Positions 47,568-60,000 of a stretch of DNA of 64,000 nucleotides are shown here, in pieces. This stretch comes from Phaeosaccion multiseriatum (lineage: Eukaryota > Protista > Ochrophyta, other classes). The first letter of the stretch is position 1; each line of letters starts with the position of its first letter. The stretch is taken from assembly GCA_965112735.1 (NCBI GenBank), contig OZ218952.1, positions 1,240,001-1,304,000 on the forward strand, read 5' to 3'. Below the pieces are notes generated by a model. It was not told the origin of the DNA. It searched no databases and saw only the letters and a program-made list of their open reading frames with translations. The translations under genes and the position numbers were made by a program.

Positions 47568-50500
47568 CAAGCCTCCCTGCTCTTTGCCCTCCGACACAAA
47601 GTAGTTGCTGTTATCCTCGTCACGCCACCGCCGCTGCGAGTTGAGGTGCTGCTGCACGCTGCCGTGGCTAGGGGCCTGCGTGTCCTCCTCGTAGATTGAC
47701 AACAGGACCTCCTCCCCCACCACGGTGAACGTGTGGAGGGCGTAGCACGGCCAGCACGACGTCATGCTCCTGCCCCCCAATCCTCCTCCTCCTCCCATGC
47801 CCAGCCCACTCCCGTCAGCCTTGTTGGCAGTCGTGCTGCTACTCGTACCGCTGCTGCTGCTGCTGCTGGTAGAGGTGATGCTCAAGTCTTCGTCGCTGTA
47901 TAGGCCAATGATGGTCTCGGTGATGAGAAGCTTTGCGCGCACTGGCAGCGTGTCGGGACCGGCAATCACACCCACGCGGAAGAAACCCTCGACGTCGTGA
48001 GTCTCCTCACCGTGCCGCATGCCCTCTTCCCCTCCTTCATCGTCCTCCTCCACTATAGTCTCTAGGAAGCCGCCTCCAAACGAAGACTTTCTCTTGCGCC
48101 TCGTCTTCGTTCCCACACCATTGGCCTGTTGCCCCTGCTGCTGCTGCAGCAGCTGCTCCTCCTGCTGCTGCAGCGACGGCAAGCCGCAGTGCCGCCGGTC
48201 TCGAATGAAGCGAAACACGCCCTCTTGCATCGTCAGCACGGCCAGGCTCAAGTCCTCCACCACAAAAATGTAGGAACGCTCCACGCCCCGCACCCTCAGC
48301 TCCAAGGTAGACTTGGGGGGGTCCACCACCCAACCATCAAGCTCCTCAAACGCCCACCCTTTGAGCTCCCGCCCGCCATTCTGCTCACTCGGCTCCGAGA
48401 CGATGCGTACCCGACTCGAGTCCACCAGCAAGTCCGCGTGAATGGGGGGCGAGTGCGTACCCATGGGGTCTTCGATACACTTGACGGTGAACAGGCTCGG
48501 TGCCAGAGAGCCTGCCAGAGCCTTGTGTCGGTAGTGCCCCGCCGCTTCGTCGAGCTTGCAGAAAATATCCCGCAGAGGAACAAAGCTCGCCTGCCCAGGG
48601 CTGCCCCCCCTGCTGCTGCTGCTTTTGCTAGTGGTCTGTGTCTTGTCCTTGCTAAAGATGCCTCCCATAACACTGGCGCTTTCCACCTTCCCCGCAGCCT
48701 TCTTCTTCAGGTCTTCATCACCTGCCTTCTCAGCCGTCCCCTCGCCCTTCTTCTGGCCATCACCATCCTCACCCTTCTTCTCCATCGTTTCGTCTACATC
48801 CTTCACCTCCTCCCCCCCGCCCCCCGCGGCCTCTGACTGGCCTTCCTTCTGCATCCCCTCCTCATCCTCGCTGCCCTCCTCCACACCGTCCCCACCCTCT
48901 GCACCTGCTGCTGGAGCTGCTGCTGGTTGGGTTGCATCTGCCTCCTCCTCGTCATCAGTCATGCCAAAGAAGGCCCTCGCCTTGTCCAAAAAGGTGGGGG
49001 ACTTGGGAGGGACAGGATGGGGAGAAGAAGGGGAAGCATCCTCTTGTTGCTCCTCCTCTCCTGCGGTGGACGGGGGGGGGGCATCTTCTTCTTGCCCCCC
49101 CTCTCCTCCGGTGGTACCGCTGTCAGGGGAAGCATCCGCCCCCCCTTCTTCTTGCTCCTCCTCCCCCGCGGTAGTGCTGCGGTCGCTCGACCCTCCCACG
49201 TCCACGCCAACCTCCTCCGCCTCCTCCTCCTTTTCCTCTTCCTCCTTGTCCATATCCTCCACGAGGATAGACTTCTCCTTTGGGGCAGACATGAGCCCCA
49301 GCGCCACCATCTCCGCGTCAGTCAACACGTCGGGCACGTCTCCATCAGTAGCAGGAGAGGGGCATGAAGCGTGGGGCGCTGTCACTTCTTCCGCCACTGC
49401 TCCCTCCACTTCTGCCGCTACAGGCACCTCTATGGACAAGACCTTCTCCTCCTCGTTTGCCGTCGACTCCTCCTCCTCCTGCTCCTCCTTTTCTACCGTC
49501 TCCTCCTCCTGTTCTGCCGTCTCCTGCTCTTCCTCATCCTTCTCTGCCTGCTCTTGCTCCTCCTGCGCCTTCTTCCTTTCCTGCTCCTCCCTCAGCTCCC
49601 TAACCTTGCTCCGGATGGTATAGTTGACGGCCTTGAGCTCGTCTCCGTGCCCCACCGCCTCCCCGGCAAGCATCTCCAAGTCCAAGTTGACGCCGTCCTT
49701 GCCCCTTCCCTTGATGACCTGCAAGCCGCACACACCCGGGTCGTCGTAATCGTACTCAATCAGATACGCCTCCACAGCTTCCGTGAGGGCCACGCGGATG
49801 GGCTGGGACAGCGGTACTTGGATGGGGTAGCGAGAGCGCCTGCCAATCCAAACCGACACCTCCACCGTCTCCTCCTCTTGTTCCTCCCCCTCCCCTTCTC
49901 CTCCTGACCCTTCTTCTAGCATCTTCTGCTTTGCCGCTGCCGCAGCAGCCCTCTTTTTGCCCTTCTCCATCTTCTCCTTGAGCTTTGCCAGCTGAGAGCA
50001 AGTCACCGGCACCGCCATGAGAATGCATCCGTGCTCCAGCGCCGCCGCCGCCGATAGCCCCAAGTCCACCTTCAGAGTGTCCTTTACTACGGCAGAATTG
50101 GCTGCCGCTTCCACCTCCGCTGCTGCTGCACACTGGGTGAGGGGTAGCTTGTTTCGCTGATTTGGTGTCGGCGAATTGGGGGGAGCGTGCACCCTTCTCA
50201 GGCCGCAAAACTTTTGCTGCCGGTCCTTCCGTGCCCCAGAGAACTGGTGCTGCTCACATGCTTGCCTGGGCACAGGGAATACGAGAGAGAATGGAGTCAG
50301 GAACCCGCGCCCCCCCCAACCGATCTTTCAAGACCATTCCTCCCCCCCCCGTCTTTTAAAAAAGAAAAGGGACAGAAAAAGGCATCTTCGGCTCACCTCA
50401 GCACCACCCCCACAGTGGTAAGAGAAGAAACCACCTCGACCAGGTACACGTCAAAGTGCTTCCCGGGCCCATCCCCGCTAAAGCTCACCCAGAGCGACTG

Positions 50501-50722
50501 CCGAGGCACGGCAAAGGCCCTGATCAGCCGCAACGCTTCCCAATACGCAGTCACGTCCACCACGCACTTGGCCTGCACCTCCACCTCCTTCCTCTTCCCA
50601 TGCTCCTCGCTCGCACCGCCTTCGCTACTGCTGCTGGCGCTACTCTTGGTGAGGGTCCAAGGCATCACCCTGTAGACTGGCCCGTTTGCGTTTACGGAGC
50701 CGGAATCCCCCTCGGGGAACAT
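47376..50722 (-). CDS. Large acidic protein with two C-terminal PH/PTB-like domains (exons ~50722-50398 and ~50133-47376)
   Basis: 965-aa ORF plus an upstream exon ending at a GTGAG donor. Long E-rich linker. Two beta-rich blocks: 'ADLLVDSSRVRIV...GWAFEELDGW' and 'AKLLITETIIGLY...CWPCYALHTF'. Confidence 0.6.
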
Positions 50723-50964
50723 TATTGACTTACTGTATTTCCGCTGTTTGGAAATCGAATACGTTAATTGGCAAATTTAGAAGGGCGAGGATGCGGTATC
50801 GTAGGGTGGGGCCGCTCCTTGAGTAAGGAAGGTGGAGGGGGGGACAGGGGGTGTCTCTGCTGGTGCCACTGGGGGACCGGTGGAAGCTTGCCGGCTGAGC
50901 AAGCAGCAGCAGGAGAGAGGGAGGAGAAGAGGAGAGAGGTGGGAGGAGAGAAAAGAAGTTGAGC
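50723..50964. promoter_or_regulatory. Putative bidirectional promoter region
   Basis: About 240 bp separate divergent ATGs at 50722 (-) and 50965 (+). Confidence 0.45.
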
Positions 50965-53900
50965 ATGTCGTTGCCCTCGCAGCAGCAGCAGCAGCAGCAG
51001 AAGCAGCAGCCACCGCAGCAGGTGCTCTCGCCTCGGTCCAGCCAAGATACGCAGGCGGAGGAATGGCTGCACAGGTACCAGACTCGCAAGGTCCGGTCTT
51101 GGAGGACAGACAACAAGCGAGTACTCGCGCTCGGCAAGAGCTGCTTTGGGACCATGGACCCCAGCACCACCAACATGGCTGTGACCAACACATACCCGTA
51201 CGGACTCATGTTGACGGTGAGTGAGTGAATGAGTGAGTGGGCTCAGGACGGGGGCGATGTTCCGAAAGGCCCTGTCGGAAGACCTTCTCACTCGCTTGCT
51301 CCTGAGCTCCATTAGGCGTGCCTCGCTTCGAGCCGTCTCTGTCATTCCCCTGGGATTGTCCACGACTGGATGGGGGTCTCAAATCCACGGAACCTCCACG
51401 GACCTTCCCTCCCCACCTATACCCACACCCACAACTTGACAACAACAGGTGGTGGCCTCTCCGACGGATGCCGAGGAGTTTACCATCGACGTGGAGGGCT
51501 CGGGACAGCTCAAGTTTAAGTGCAAGTACCGAGACGACCTGCTTACCGAGCTCCTGCGGCTCTACACCTGGTCGGAGCTCGGCAACACGAGCTGGCAAAT
51601 GTCCAAACACGCCCCGGCAGCAGCGGCTGGGCAGCGACTCCGCCGCTCGGGGGACAGGTGCCCCTGCATCCTCATCGCCCTCCCTCACGCCATGGCCGAG
51701 CTGTCCACCAAGTGGAAGCTGCTACAGGAATACCGCTACTCCAGAATAGAGGTCCGTCGAAGTCAACGAAAGTCGTGTGTACCGAGGACTGACTCCTCTT
51801 TCTCTGCCTCATGGGCACTGGGGTGGCCGTCGTCGACGATCCTCGCCCCGCTCGGTCGGTCCCTCTCTCTCGGCATCATCGCGCGGCTGCTGTAACTCAT
51901 CACACTCCCCTGCCCCCCTCCCCACACCCCCGCAGAGCGTGTTCATCGCGTCGGACGACAGCACCACCCTCGTGATTCGATACGAGGGCAGGTCTCGCGT
52001 GTTCCTGAGCAACACCCGACAGGCGCTGTTGCAGGCCATCTGCGACAAGGCGGAGGTGGCGGGCATGGCCCTGAATCTAGGCAGCCCGCAGGGGCTGGAT
52101 CAGGTGAGTGAAGGGAGTTACAGAGTGACAGTCCACCACTGGATCCTGATGGAGGGCCCAACCCACCTTTAGCCCAGGCTCGATGTGTGTGTGGACGCGC
52201 GGGTGTGAGCAAGACTGTGTGCTGAGAGGGATTGCTTCGCGGTCTTACAAGAACGTTGCGATGGCAGTTAAAGGGTCCCTCCCTCCCTCCCCCCTGCAAG
52301 GTGGTGAAGGAGAAGCGAGCGTACCACAGTCGGTCACGCCGAGCCGCCGCCACCTCCTCCTTCAACGTAGACAAGCCCTCCCGGCGCAGGGATCAGACCG
52401 TGCCCAGGAGGCTGCAGCTCGTGGAGACCTCCCTGCTGGAGATTGATGTGGCGCAGTACTCGGTGGTTTCCGCTCGGCGACTTGTTGACATCTTTGCTCT
52501 TGTCCGCCCCACGGGCAGCGCTCGGGAGCTGCACATTGAGTTCATGGACGGCACCAGTAAGACATACTGGTCGGCCCAGAGAGACACTCTGTTGGCGTCT
52601 CTCCTGGATGCGGCGGGGGGGGCGGGTAACAAGCGAGTCATGCTCACGAGTAAGCTGAGTGACAATCTCCGTTTGCTGCCTCGGCACGTGACGGAGCAGC
52701 AAGAGCTTGAGAGCTCCAAGCTTGAGGCCATCATTTTCTCCTCTGTGTTTGGGAACACCACCGTGGAGCAGTGGTTTCTGAAACGTCTCTCCAAGGTGGC
52801 CAACTTGGCAGTGAAGGTATGTATGTGGTATGTGTGTGTGTGTGTGTGTGTGGGTATCTGAGTGGGTGGGGGGGTATGTGTGTGTACAGTGTACCTACGA
52901 GTAACCCTCTTTGCCTTCTTATCAGCCGGACTCGATGGGGGCCGGACTCCCTTTTTGTGTAGCAAGCAGGCACGATGCTTGCCTGCCTCTGTCTCTCTCC
53001 CCTCAGGAGCGAGAGCCTTCTCTCATTCGTTTCCACGAGCCGCTGCCGCTGCCGTTGCTGTTGCTGTTGCTGTTGCTGTATGGTATTTCCCCCCCACCAT
53101 TCCCGACACGTGTAACACTCACACGCACCCCCCCACTCTCTTTACAGGACGGGAATCTGACGGAGCTGATTGAGGTTTCCGCCGAGTTCAGCGCCAACGT
53201 GGAGGTGGGGGGCATCAGCCCGGGGGCGGACGTGAGGGTGGTGAAGCCCGTGCTGTTAGGGCTTGTGACGGCCCTCGCCACCCTTACAGAGAAGGCCCAG
53301 AGCGTGCAAACGAGTCGGTTGGCCGAGCTGGAGAGCGCCATTGCTGTGCTGCTGCAGGTCAGTTTGAATTGGAGATGGAGTTGGGGTTTTAGTTTGGAGG
53401 GGCACAGCGGCTCGGCTTGGCAGTTTTCGTGGGTTGCTACCTCCCAAAACTGCTCCTCCCTTCTTGACTTTCCCTCTCCTTTCGTACCCTTCCCCCACCC
53501 CCGTGTGTGCGTGCTGCAGGCGCTGTGCCGGTTGCTGCCGTGCCCCTTCTGCTTCACCATGTTTGTGGACGTGTGCGGAGAGGCGGGCTTCACCACGCTG
53601 CTGCGCTGTCTGCACGTCAAGGATGCCGTTGTCGCTATGTGGGCCCTCGCTGCGCTCACTGCCCTGATTCAGCAGAAGGTGAGGGTGAGGGATGGAGGGA
53701 GGGAGGAAGGGAGGGGGGGAGATAAGCTCTTGAATCTCTTGTCTGAGCGAAGGCTGTGCGCTTGATCCCCCTTCATGGATCGCTACGCCATCTCTCTCTC
53801 CCGCCCCCCCCTTCTTCATATGTTGCCCCTTCTCAACCTCTACCCGTATCTCCTCTATTTCTCCCTTGTTTTATCAGGGAGGTACCACAGATCCCAAGGC

Positions 53901-53991
53901 GGAGTATGTCAATAAGCAGGTATTGCTCGGGCCTGCGTCGGTCTGCGAGGCTCTAGCTGCCTTGCTTCGCCCGGAGGAGGAGAGGGGACAG

Positions 53992-54034
<43 letters not shown>

Positions 54035-57000
54035 GGAGAACGCACCACTCCCTGTCAACGCACCACCTCCTCCCCTCGCTCCCACCCACCCACCCATGCA
54101 CCCTCCATCCCCCCCCCCCCACACACACACCCTCACCACCCCACGCCCCATGCCCACTCAGGCCCGAAGTGCCCTTGTGATTAGGGAGGCATCCCGGCTG
54201 CTGGAGGCAGTGCTTGTGAGTGGCAAGGAGACGACGAGTCCCGAGATCTTCCGTCAGTGCCTAGCGGTGGTGGGCATGCAGCATCAGGTACTCATGGACA
54301 TGTTGAGATCTCCCTGTCAGAGCGTTGTGGAGAACGGCATCGTCTTGATGCAGGTGAGGGAAGAGGAGGAGGGTACACGGTGGGAGGCACACACCACACA
54401 CACCCAACGCAAACACCACCGATTATGCACGTCCCTTCACGCTCGTCCTTAGCCCTTCTTCCCCACCGTCAGTAGTACTTCAATGTCTAGCCCCGCCCCG
54501 CGGCTCTTTCCGCACGCCATGCTCTCTCCTAACCCTGTCCCTCTCCGTCCTCATTTCCCTCCTCCTCCTCCTCCTCTGCCCCTTAGGTGCTGGTGGACAA
54601 CTCCCCTGAGGCCGCTCTGCGACTCCAAGCATTGGCCATGAACCAAGCACTGGCCCTTCGCCACTTCCACGCTGCCTGCTTCTCGCCCAACGCCAATCAA
54701 CGCGCCATCTCTCGCTGGTTATGCAGCATGTGGATGGCGGGGCCGGAAGGTGCGACAAGGGAGGGTAGGGAAGGAGGGAGGGAGGAAGGAAGGAAGGAAG
54801 GAAGGAAGGAATCAGCCGCCCAAGTCCACATCTAGTGTCATCCCTTGTCTCTGTTTTGCATGAGGAAAGCGCGGCTTTGTCTTTCTTTGTATCTCCTTCT
54901 TCCCCGACTATCTGCCTCAAACTCCACTTCCTCTTCTGCGCACTCCACTCTGTTATCGACTCACCGAACATTATCAACAACTAGGCACCCCCGGCAAAGA
55001 CATGCTGAAACGCATACTCCCGGGGGGCATGATGCAGTACCTCAAGATGCCCGAGCTCAGTGCGGCGGAGCTTGGATGCCTTGACGAGCTCGAGAAGGAT
55101 CTGTTGAAGGGGGGCATGGCTCCTCCCCCCGTAACGGCTACGGGGTCGGGAGGAGGAGGGGCAGCAAGAGGAGGAGGGGCAGGAGGTGGAGGGGGGGGGG
55201 GTGGAGGAGGGGAAGGAGGAGGAGGGGCAGCAGGGGACGGGAGTAGCTTGCAGCCGGACCAGAACTGGTCAGGTAAGCTGCAGCACAGCGGTGGCACGTT
55301 GGTGAAGGGCGAGAACTTCCGCGTGCTTTTCTTTCAGCTGCTGCAGGACCAAGCGCTGCCCGACCTCATCTGGAACCAGGTATGTGCGTGCGTATGTATG
55401 TATGTATGTGTGTATGTAGGTATGTAGGTATATGGGTTTTGATGGGTTTTGTGGGGGTGGTTGCAAAGGGCGAAGCCTCAGGCCTTGGGAACGATCAGAG
55501 GGAGACTCTGCAGCCCTCGTGCGCGCCATGTCTTACACTCTCTCTCCCCTCCCTCTCCCACACACAAACAGGAAACAAGGCAGGAACTGCGTGTGGCGCT
55601 GGAGGCCGAGCTGCAGGGCTTCGAGAGGCAACAGCAGCTACAAGGGGTGGGCAGGGTAGCCTGGCACTTCAGAGAGTTTCACGTTCCTTACGAGTCACTC
55701 AAGACGGAGCCGTCCGTAGGAGGGATGTCGCTCCGGCTGTTTCTGGAGGCGAGCGACAGCTTCCTCCTGACGAGTGTGGACGACCCTAGGCGCTTCACCG
55801 AGCTTCTCTTTCGCAGGGTGCTCTGTGACTGGCAGGCTCGACCGGCCTTTGCCATCAAGTGCTTGCAGTGTCTGGGCCATCTGTACCGCTTGCATGCGGC
55901 GAGGGTGGGGCCCTTTGAGGATATGATGGTGGTGGTGGATATGCTGCGCACAGGGAGCGATATCGAAGTGCAGCATCGGTTGCTGGAGCTGCTGGGCACG
56001 TTGAGTCGAGAGCACTCTGACAACCTCGATCGTCTCACTAACAAGGATGCAGTGGGGCTGCTGGTGGAGCTGGCCACGTGTGCGCATGCCGACGAGGAGG
56101 AGATTAGCAACTCACTGACGCGAGAGCAGGGAGCAACAGCAGCAGCTGTTGGCGACACGGGGGCAGGAGGGGGCGGAGGGGTAGGGGCACGGACGCCTCG
56201 GTTGTGGTACTATGCGCCGGCATCACCGTGCCCACCCTCGCCCTCGTCCATTCACGGGCCGGTGCTGCTGGCAGACTTGAAAGACATGTACAAGAGCGGG
56301 GAGATCAATGAGCGTATCCTGGTAACGGCGGGGCAGGTGGAGGGCGACTACGACGCTTCAAGTGTGGTGATTGACACGGGCCGATGGAAGGCCTTGGGGG
56401 AGATTTTCGAGCTCCGTCTCGCGATTGTCAGCGATGGGAAGCGCGTCTTCACCCCAGCAAAAGTCTCTCTCATGGCGCTGGAGCTGCTGCAGAGAATCGT
56501 GTCGCTGCACCCATCACACGATGGAGAAGGCACCCCCCTGTGGCCGCTGCCCAGAGCCAAGCGCCTCCTATCGGCACGCGAATCCCTCGGTGTGCTGGCG
56601 ACGCTCCTCTCTGCACGGGACCCGCTTGTGGTCGCACGGGTAGCCGAGCTCCTGCTGGTGTTGTGCGAGAACAACCCAGGCGCCATGGAGAAGCTGTACT
56701 TGACGGGGGCCTTTTATATGGCGGTGGCCTACACAGGGAGCAATTTCCGGGCCGTGGCGGCCTTTCTGGCGGCCACGCACACGCAGCAGAACTTTCGCAC
56801 CTCTGGAGCGGCGGTGGCGGAGGGACTCGCCCTGCGAGAGCGGAGCGTGTTGGGCACAATCCTCCCAGAGGCGCTGCTGCACGTGCTGGAGAACTACGGA
56901 GCAGACAAGTTTGCAGAGGTGTTTATCGGCGAGTTTGACACGCCGGAGGTGATTTGGGACCCTGAGTTGAGGCGCCATTTGGTGGATCAGGTTGCACAGC

Positions 57001-60000
57001 ACTTTGGTGACTTCCCTCAGCGGCTAAAGGAGCATCCCACAGGCGCCTACACCTTTTGCCCCATTCCCAACATTGTGTACCCTCGCCTGGAGAAGGAGAT
57101 TTACTGCCACAACTACTACCTCCGGAACCTCTGCGATTCGGTACGGTTTCCGGACTGGCCTATTGCCGAGCCTGCCGCCATGCTCACTGCCATCTTCGAG
57201 GCGTGGAGGGTGGAGATGCGTAAGGCCGACGACGGATCACCAAGCGGTATGGGTGGAAGTGCCCAGCAGTCGCGTGATGAGGCCATGAAGCTGCTCGGGG
57301 TGTCTGGACCTGCCGGCCCTTCGCCTGCCCTACGAAAGGCCTACCGAAGCATGGCACGCAAGTACCATCCCGATAAGAACCCGCAGGGGAGGGACATGTT
57401 TCAGAGAGTGCAGGTGGCCTACGAGCTGCTGTGCACCTCCGGAGAAGAGGAGGACCAGGGGTGAGTCCTTGGCTGGGTTTATTTGAGTGCTGTGAGGGGT
57501 TGGGCGTTGTGGAGTTTGAGTTTTGAGTTTTGTGCAACTGTGGGTCGAAGGTTGAGCGCGCGCTTTGAAGGTTGTTGCCGTGCGAACGAATCACTGCCTT
57601 CCTCTTTGCCTTGTTACTCCTACACTGCACGCTCCAATAACCAACCCTTTGACTCCTTCTTACCCACCCGCAGGGGCCCCGATGGCGAGACTGTGTATCG
57701 CTTGATGATGGTGCAAGTATCTCTGTGCCGGAGGTACACGGCAGACATTGCATCATACAAGTACCCAGGCTACCCTCTGCTGCTGCAGGTGCTCGTGTTG
57801 GGGGGCAAAGGTAGTAATAGTGGCGGGGGTGGATTGGCAGGCGGAGAAGACAGAGGGATGCAGCTGAAACTCCGCCACGCAGCGACGGAGCTGGCGTCCA
57901 CCACGTGTGCAGTGAATGCGCTCAATTCGGAGGAGTTCGCCCGAGAGGGAGGGTGCCCCATTCTCCTGAGTATGCTGGAGGAGCTAGTCACAGCAGCCGA
58001 GGAGGGGCGGAGCAGCAGTGGAGGTGGGAGTGGGCTGGAGGTGGAGGAGCTGGCCTCCCTTGATGCCGTGTGCCACACCCTGGCGGTGCTCGGCAAGTTC
58101 GAGTCGTGCAGAGCCTTGTTGGCGGCGTCTCCGCCTGCCCGACAGCGCCTGGCGGAGAACCTTGCTCGTGTCATGGACGGCGTTGAAGGGGCAGGAGGAG
58201 AAGGGGGAGGAGGAGGAGGAGGAGGAGGAGGAGGCGATGGTCAGATGCAGCAGTACAGGAGGCAAGGGCAAGACGGGCGGCCTCCGCGATTGGCCGTGCA
58301 GTACGCGATTCAGGCGGTGTGTTTCCTTTCCAAGCATGCGGAGATGCAGATGGCGCTGGCCTACGCCGGTGTCATGTGGAGAGTCATCCCCATGCTGCTA
58401 AAGTACGACCCCACGCTCACCGCAGACGGAGGAGGAGGAGGGCAGCAGAGTGCCCAGGCCACAGCCAATGCCACGGCAGCGATGGCAGCTTGGTCGCTGG
58501 GCTGCTTGGGGGGATACATGACCAAGGACTTGGAGACGACCACGCAGCCTGCCGTGCAAGCAGCACTGTCCGCCTTGCTGACGCCTCAATTGGCGTCGCT
58601 GCTGCGCAATCGCGACTCCACGGAGCTGCTCCAATGCGTGAATACCAATGTGGAGCTGGCCACGCGTATTTGGCGGGCGGATATGCGGGCAGAGTTGCTT
58701 CGTTTCCTGCAAGACACACTCATGCACTCGGAGCGACCGCTGCGGCATAGCGATACTTCGGGGGGCGAGCTGCGGAGGGCGAGTGAGTTTGTGTACTCGT
58801 CTCTACGCAACGAGCTGCAGATTGGCGGCATTTACATTCGGCTCTTTGTGCGAGACCCAGAGGGGTCATTGGCCCTTCTGTTGGCCCCGGCGGCCTTTTG
58901 CGCCGCGCTGATTGCGGTGCTGGAGAGAGATAAGCAGACGCAGCACGACGACGCGCCCTTCGTGTCGGGCTTGCAGGCGCTGAGAGACCTCGTTTTGCAC
59001 GCCACCAAGGGCCCGCTGTGTGAGGAGACTTTGCTCATGGACGTGGACCCAAGCAGGAGCGGGGGTGCTTCATTAGGAGGGGGAGGGGGAGGGGCTGGAG
59101 GGAGCGACGTGTACAGTGCTTCCTCCTTGCTCGGAGGAGGAGGAGGAGGAGGAGGAGGAGGAGGAGGGGGCGGGACGTACTCCGGAGTACGACTGCTCTT
59201 CTCTCTGCTGGCGCTGTGCCCGCCTCAGGCCAAGGCATTCGACCTCTCTGTCCAAATACTGACTCACAGCGTGGCCAAGCTGCCCTTTGCGGTGGCAGTG
59301 GTGGAACAGCACCAGCTCCTGCCGTTTCTGCGCCTGCTCGCCACCAAAGACTTTGGCTCCGGCGCCCCTCCGTGGGGCATTTTAGACGCGCTCTGCACGA
59401 CCACCGAGGTGGTGCAGGAGCTCATTCGCACGGGTGGCATCTTCATGTTTGTGGGCATATTGAGCGGTTACGAGGGTTTCACTACCTCGTACCAGGACCG
59501 ACTGGGAGCGGCGACAGCGCTCCACCGCCTGCTGTGGAATCAGAGCATTGGAGACTCGGCCGGGCAGATGCTTGTGCGTCTCCTCCCCACCACCCTCGTC
59601 ACGCACCTAAGAGAGGACGCAGCGACGGCGCTTGCCACCTTCGACACCAACCACGAGACTCCGGAGCTCATATGGACGGCGGAGATGCGCGGAGAGTTGC
59701 AGGTGGGCCTGACTCGCGTCTTGCCAAGGGTGCTCGCGCTGCCTCAAGGGCAAGACTTGATTCTGCCGGCGGAGCTGGATGTCAAGTACGCTGTGCTGGA
59801 GGCAGAGCTCTATCTGGGGGGGGTCTATCTGCGGCTCTTTTTGCGCGACCCCACGTTTGATTTGCACCATCCTGCCGTGTTTTTGGAGAAGCTCATGGAT
59901 GTGTGGTACGTGGAGTGCAATACGCAGCTTGGGGGGGGAGGAGCAGCAGCAGGAGGAGGAGCAAGAGGAGGCGGCTTTTCACCGCACGGCAAGGCCGAAG

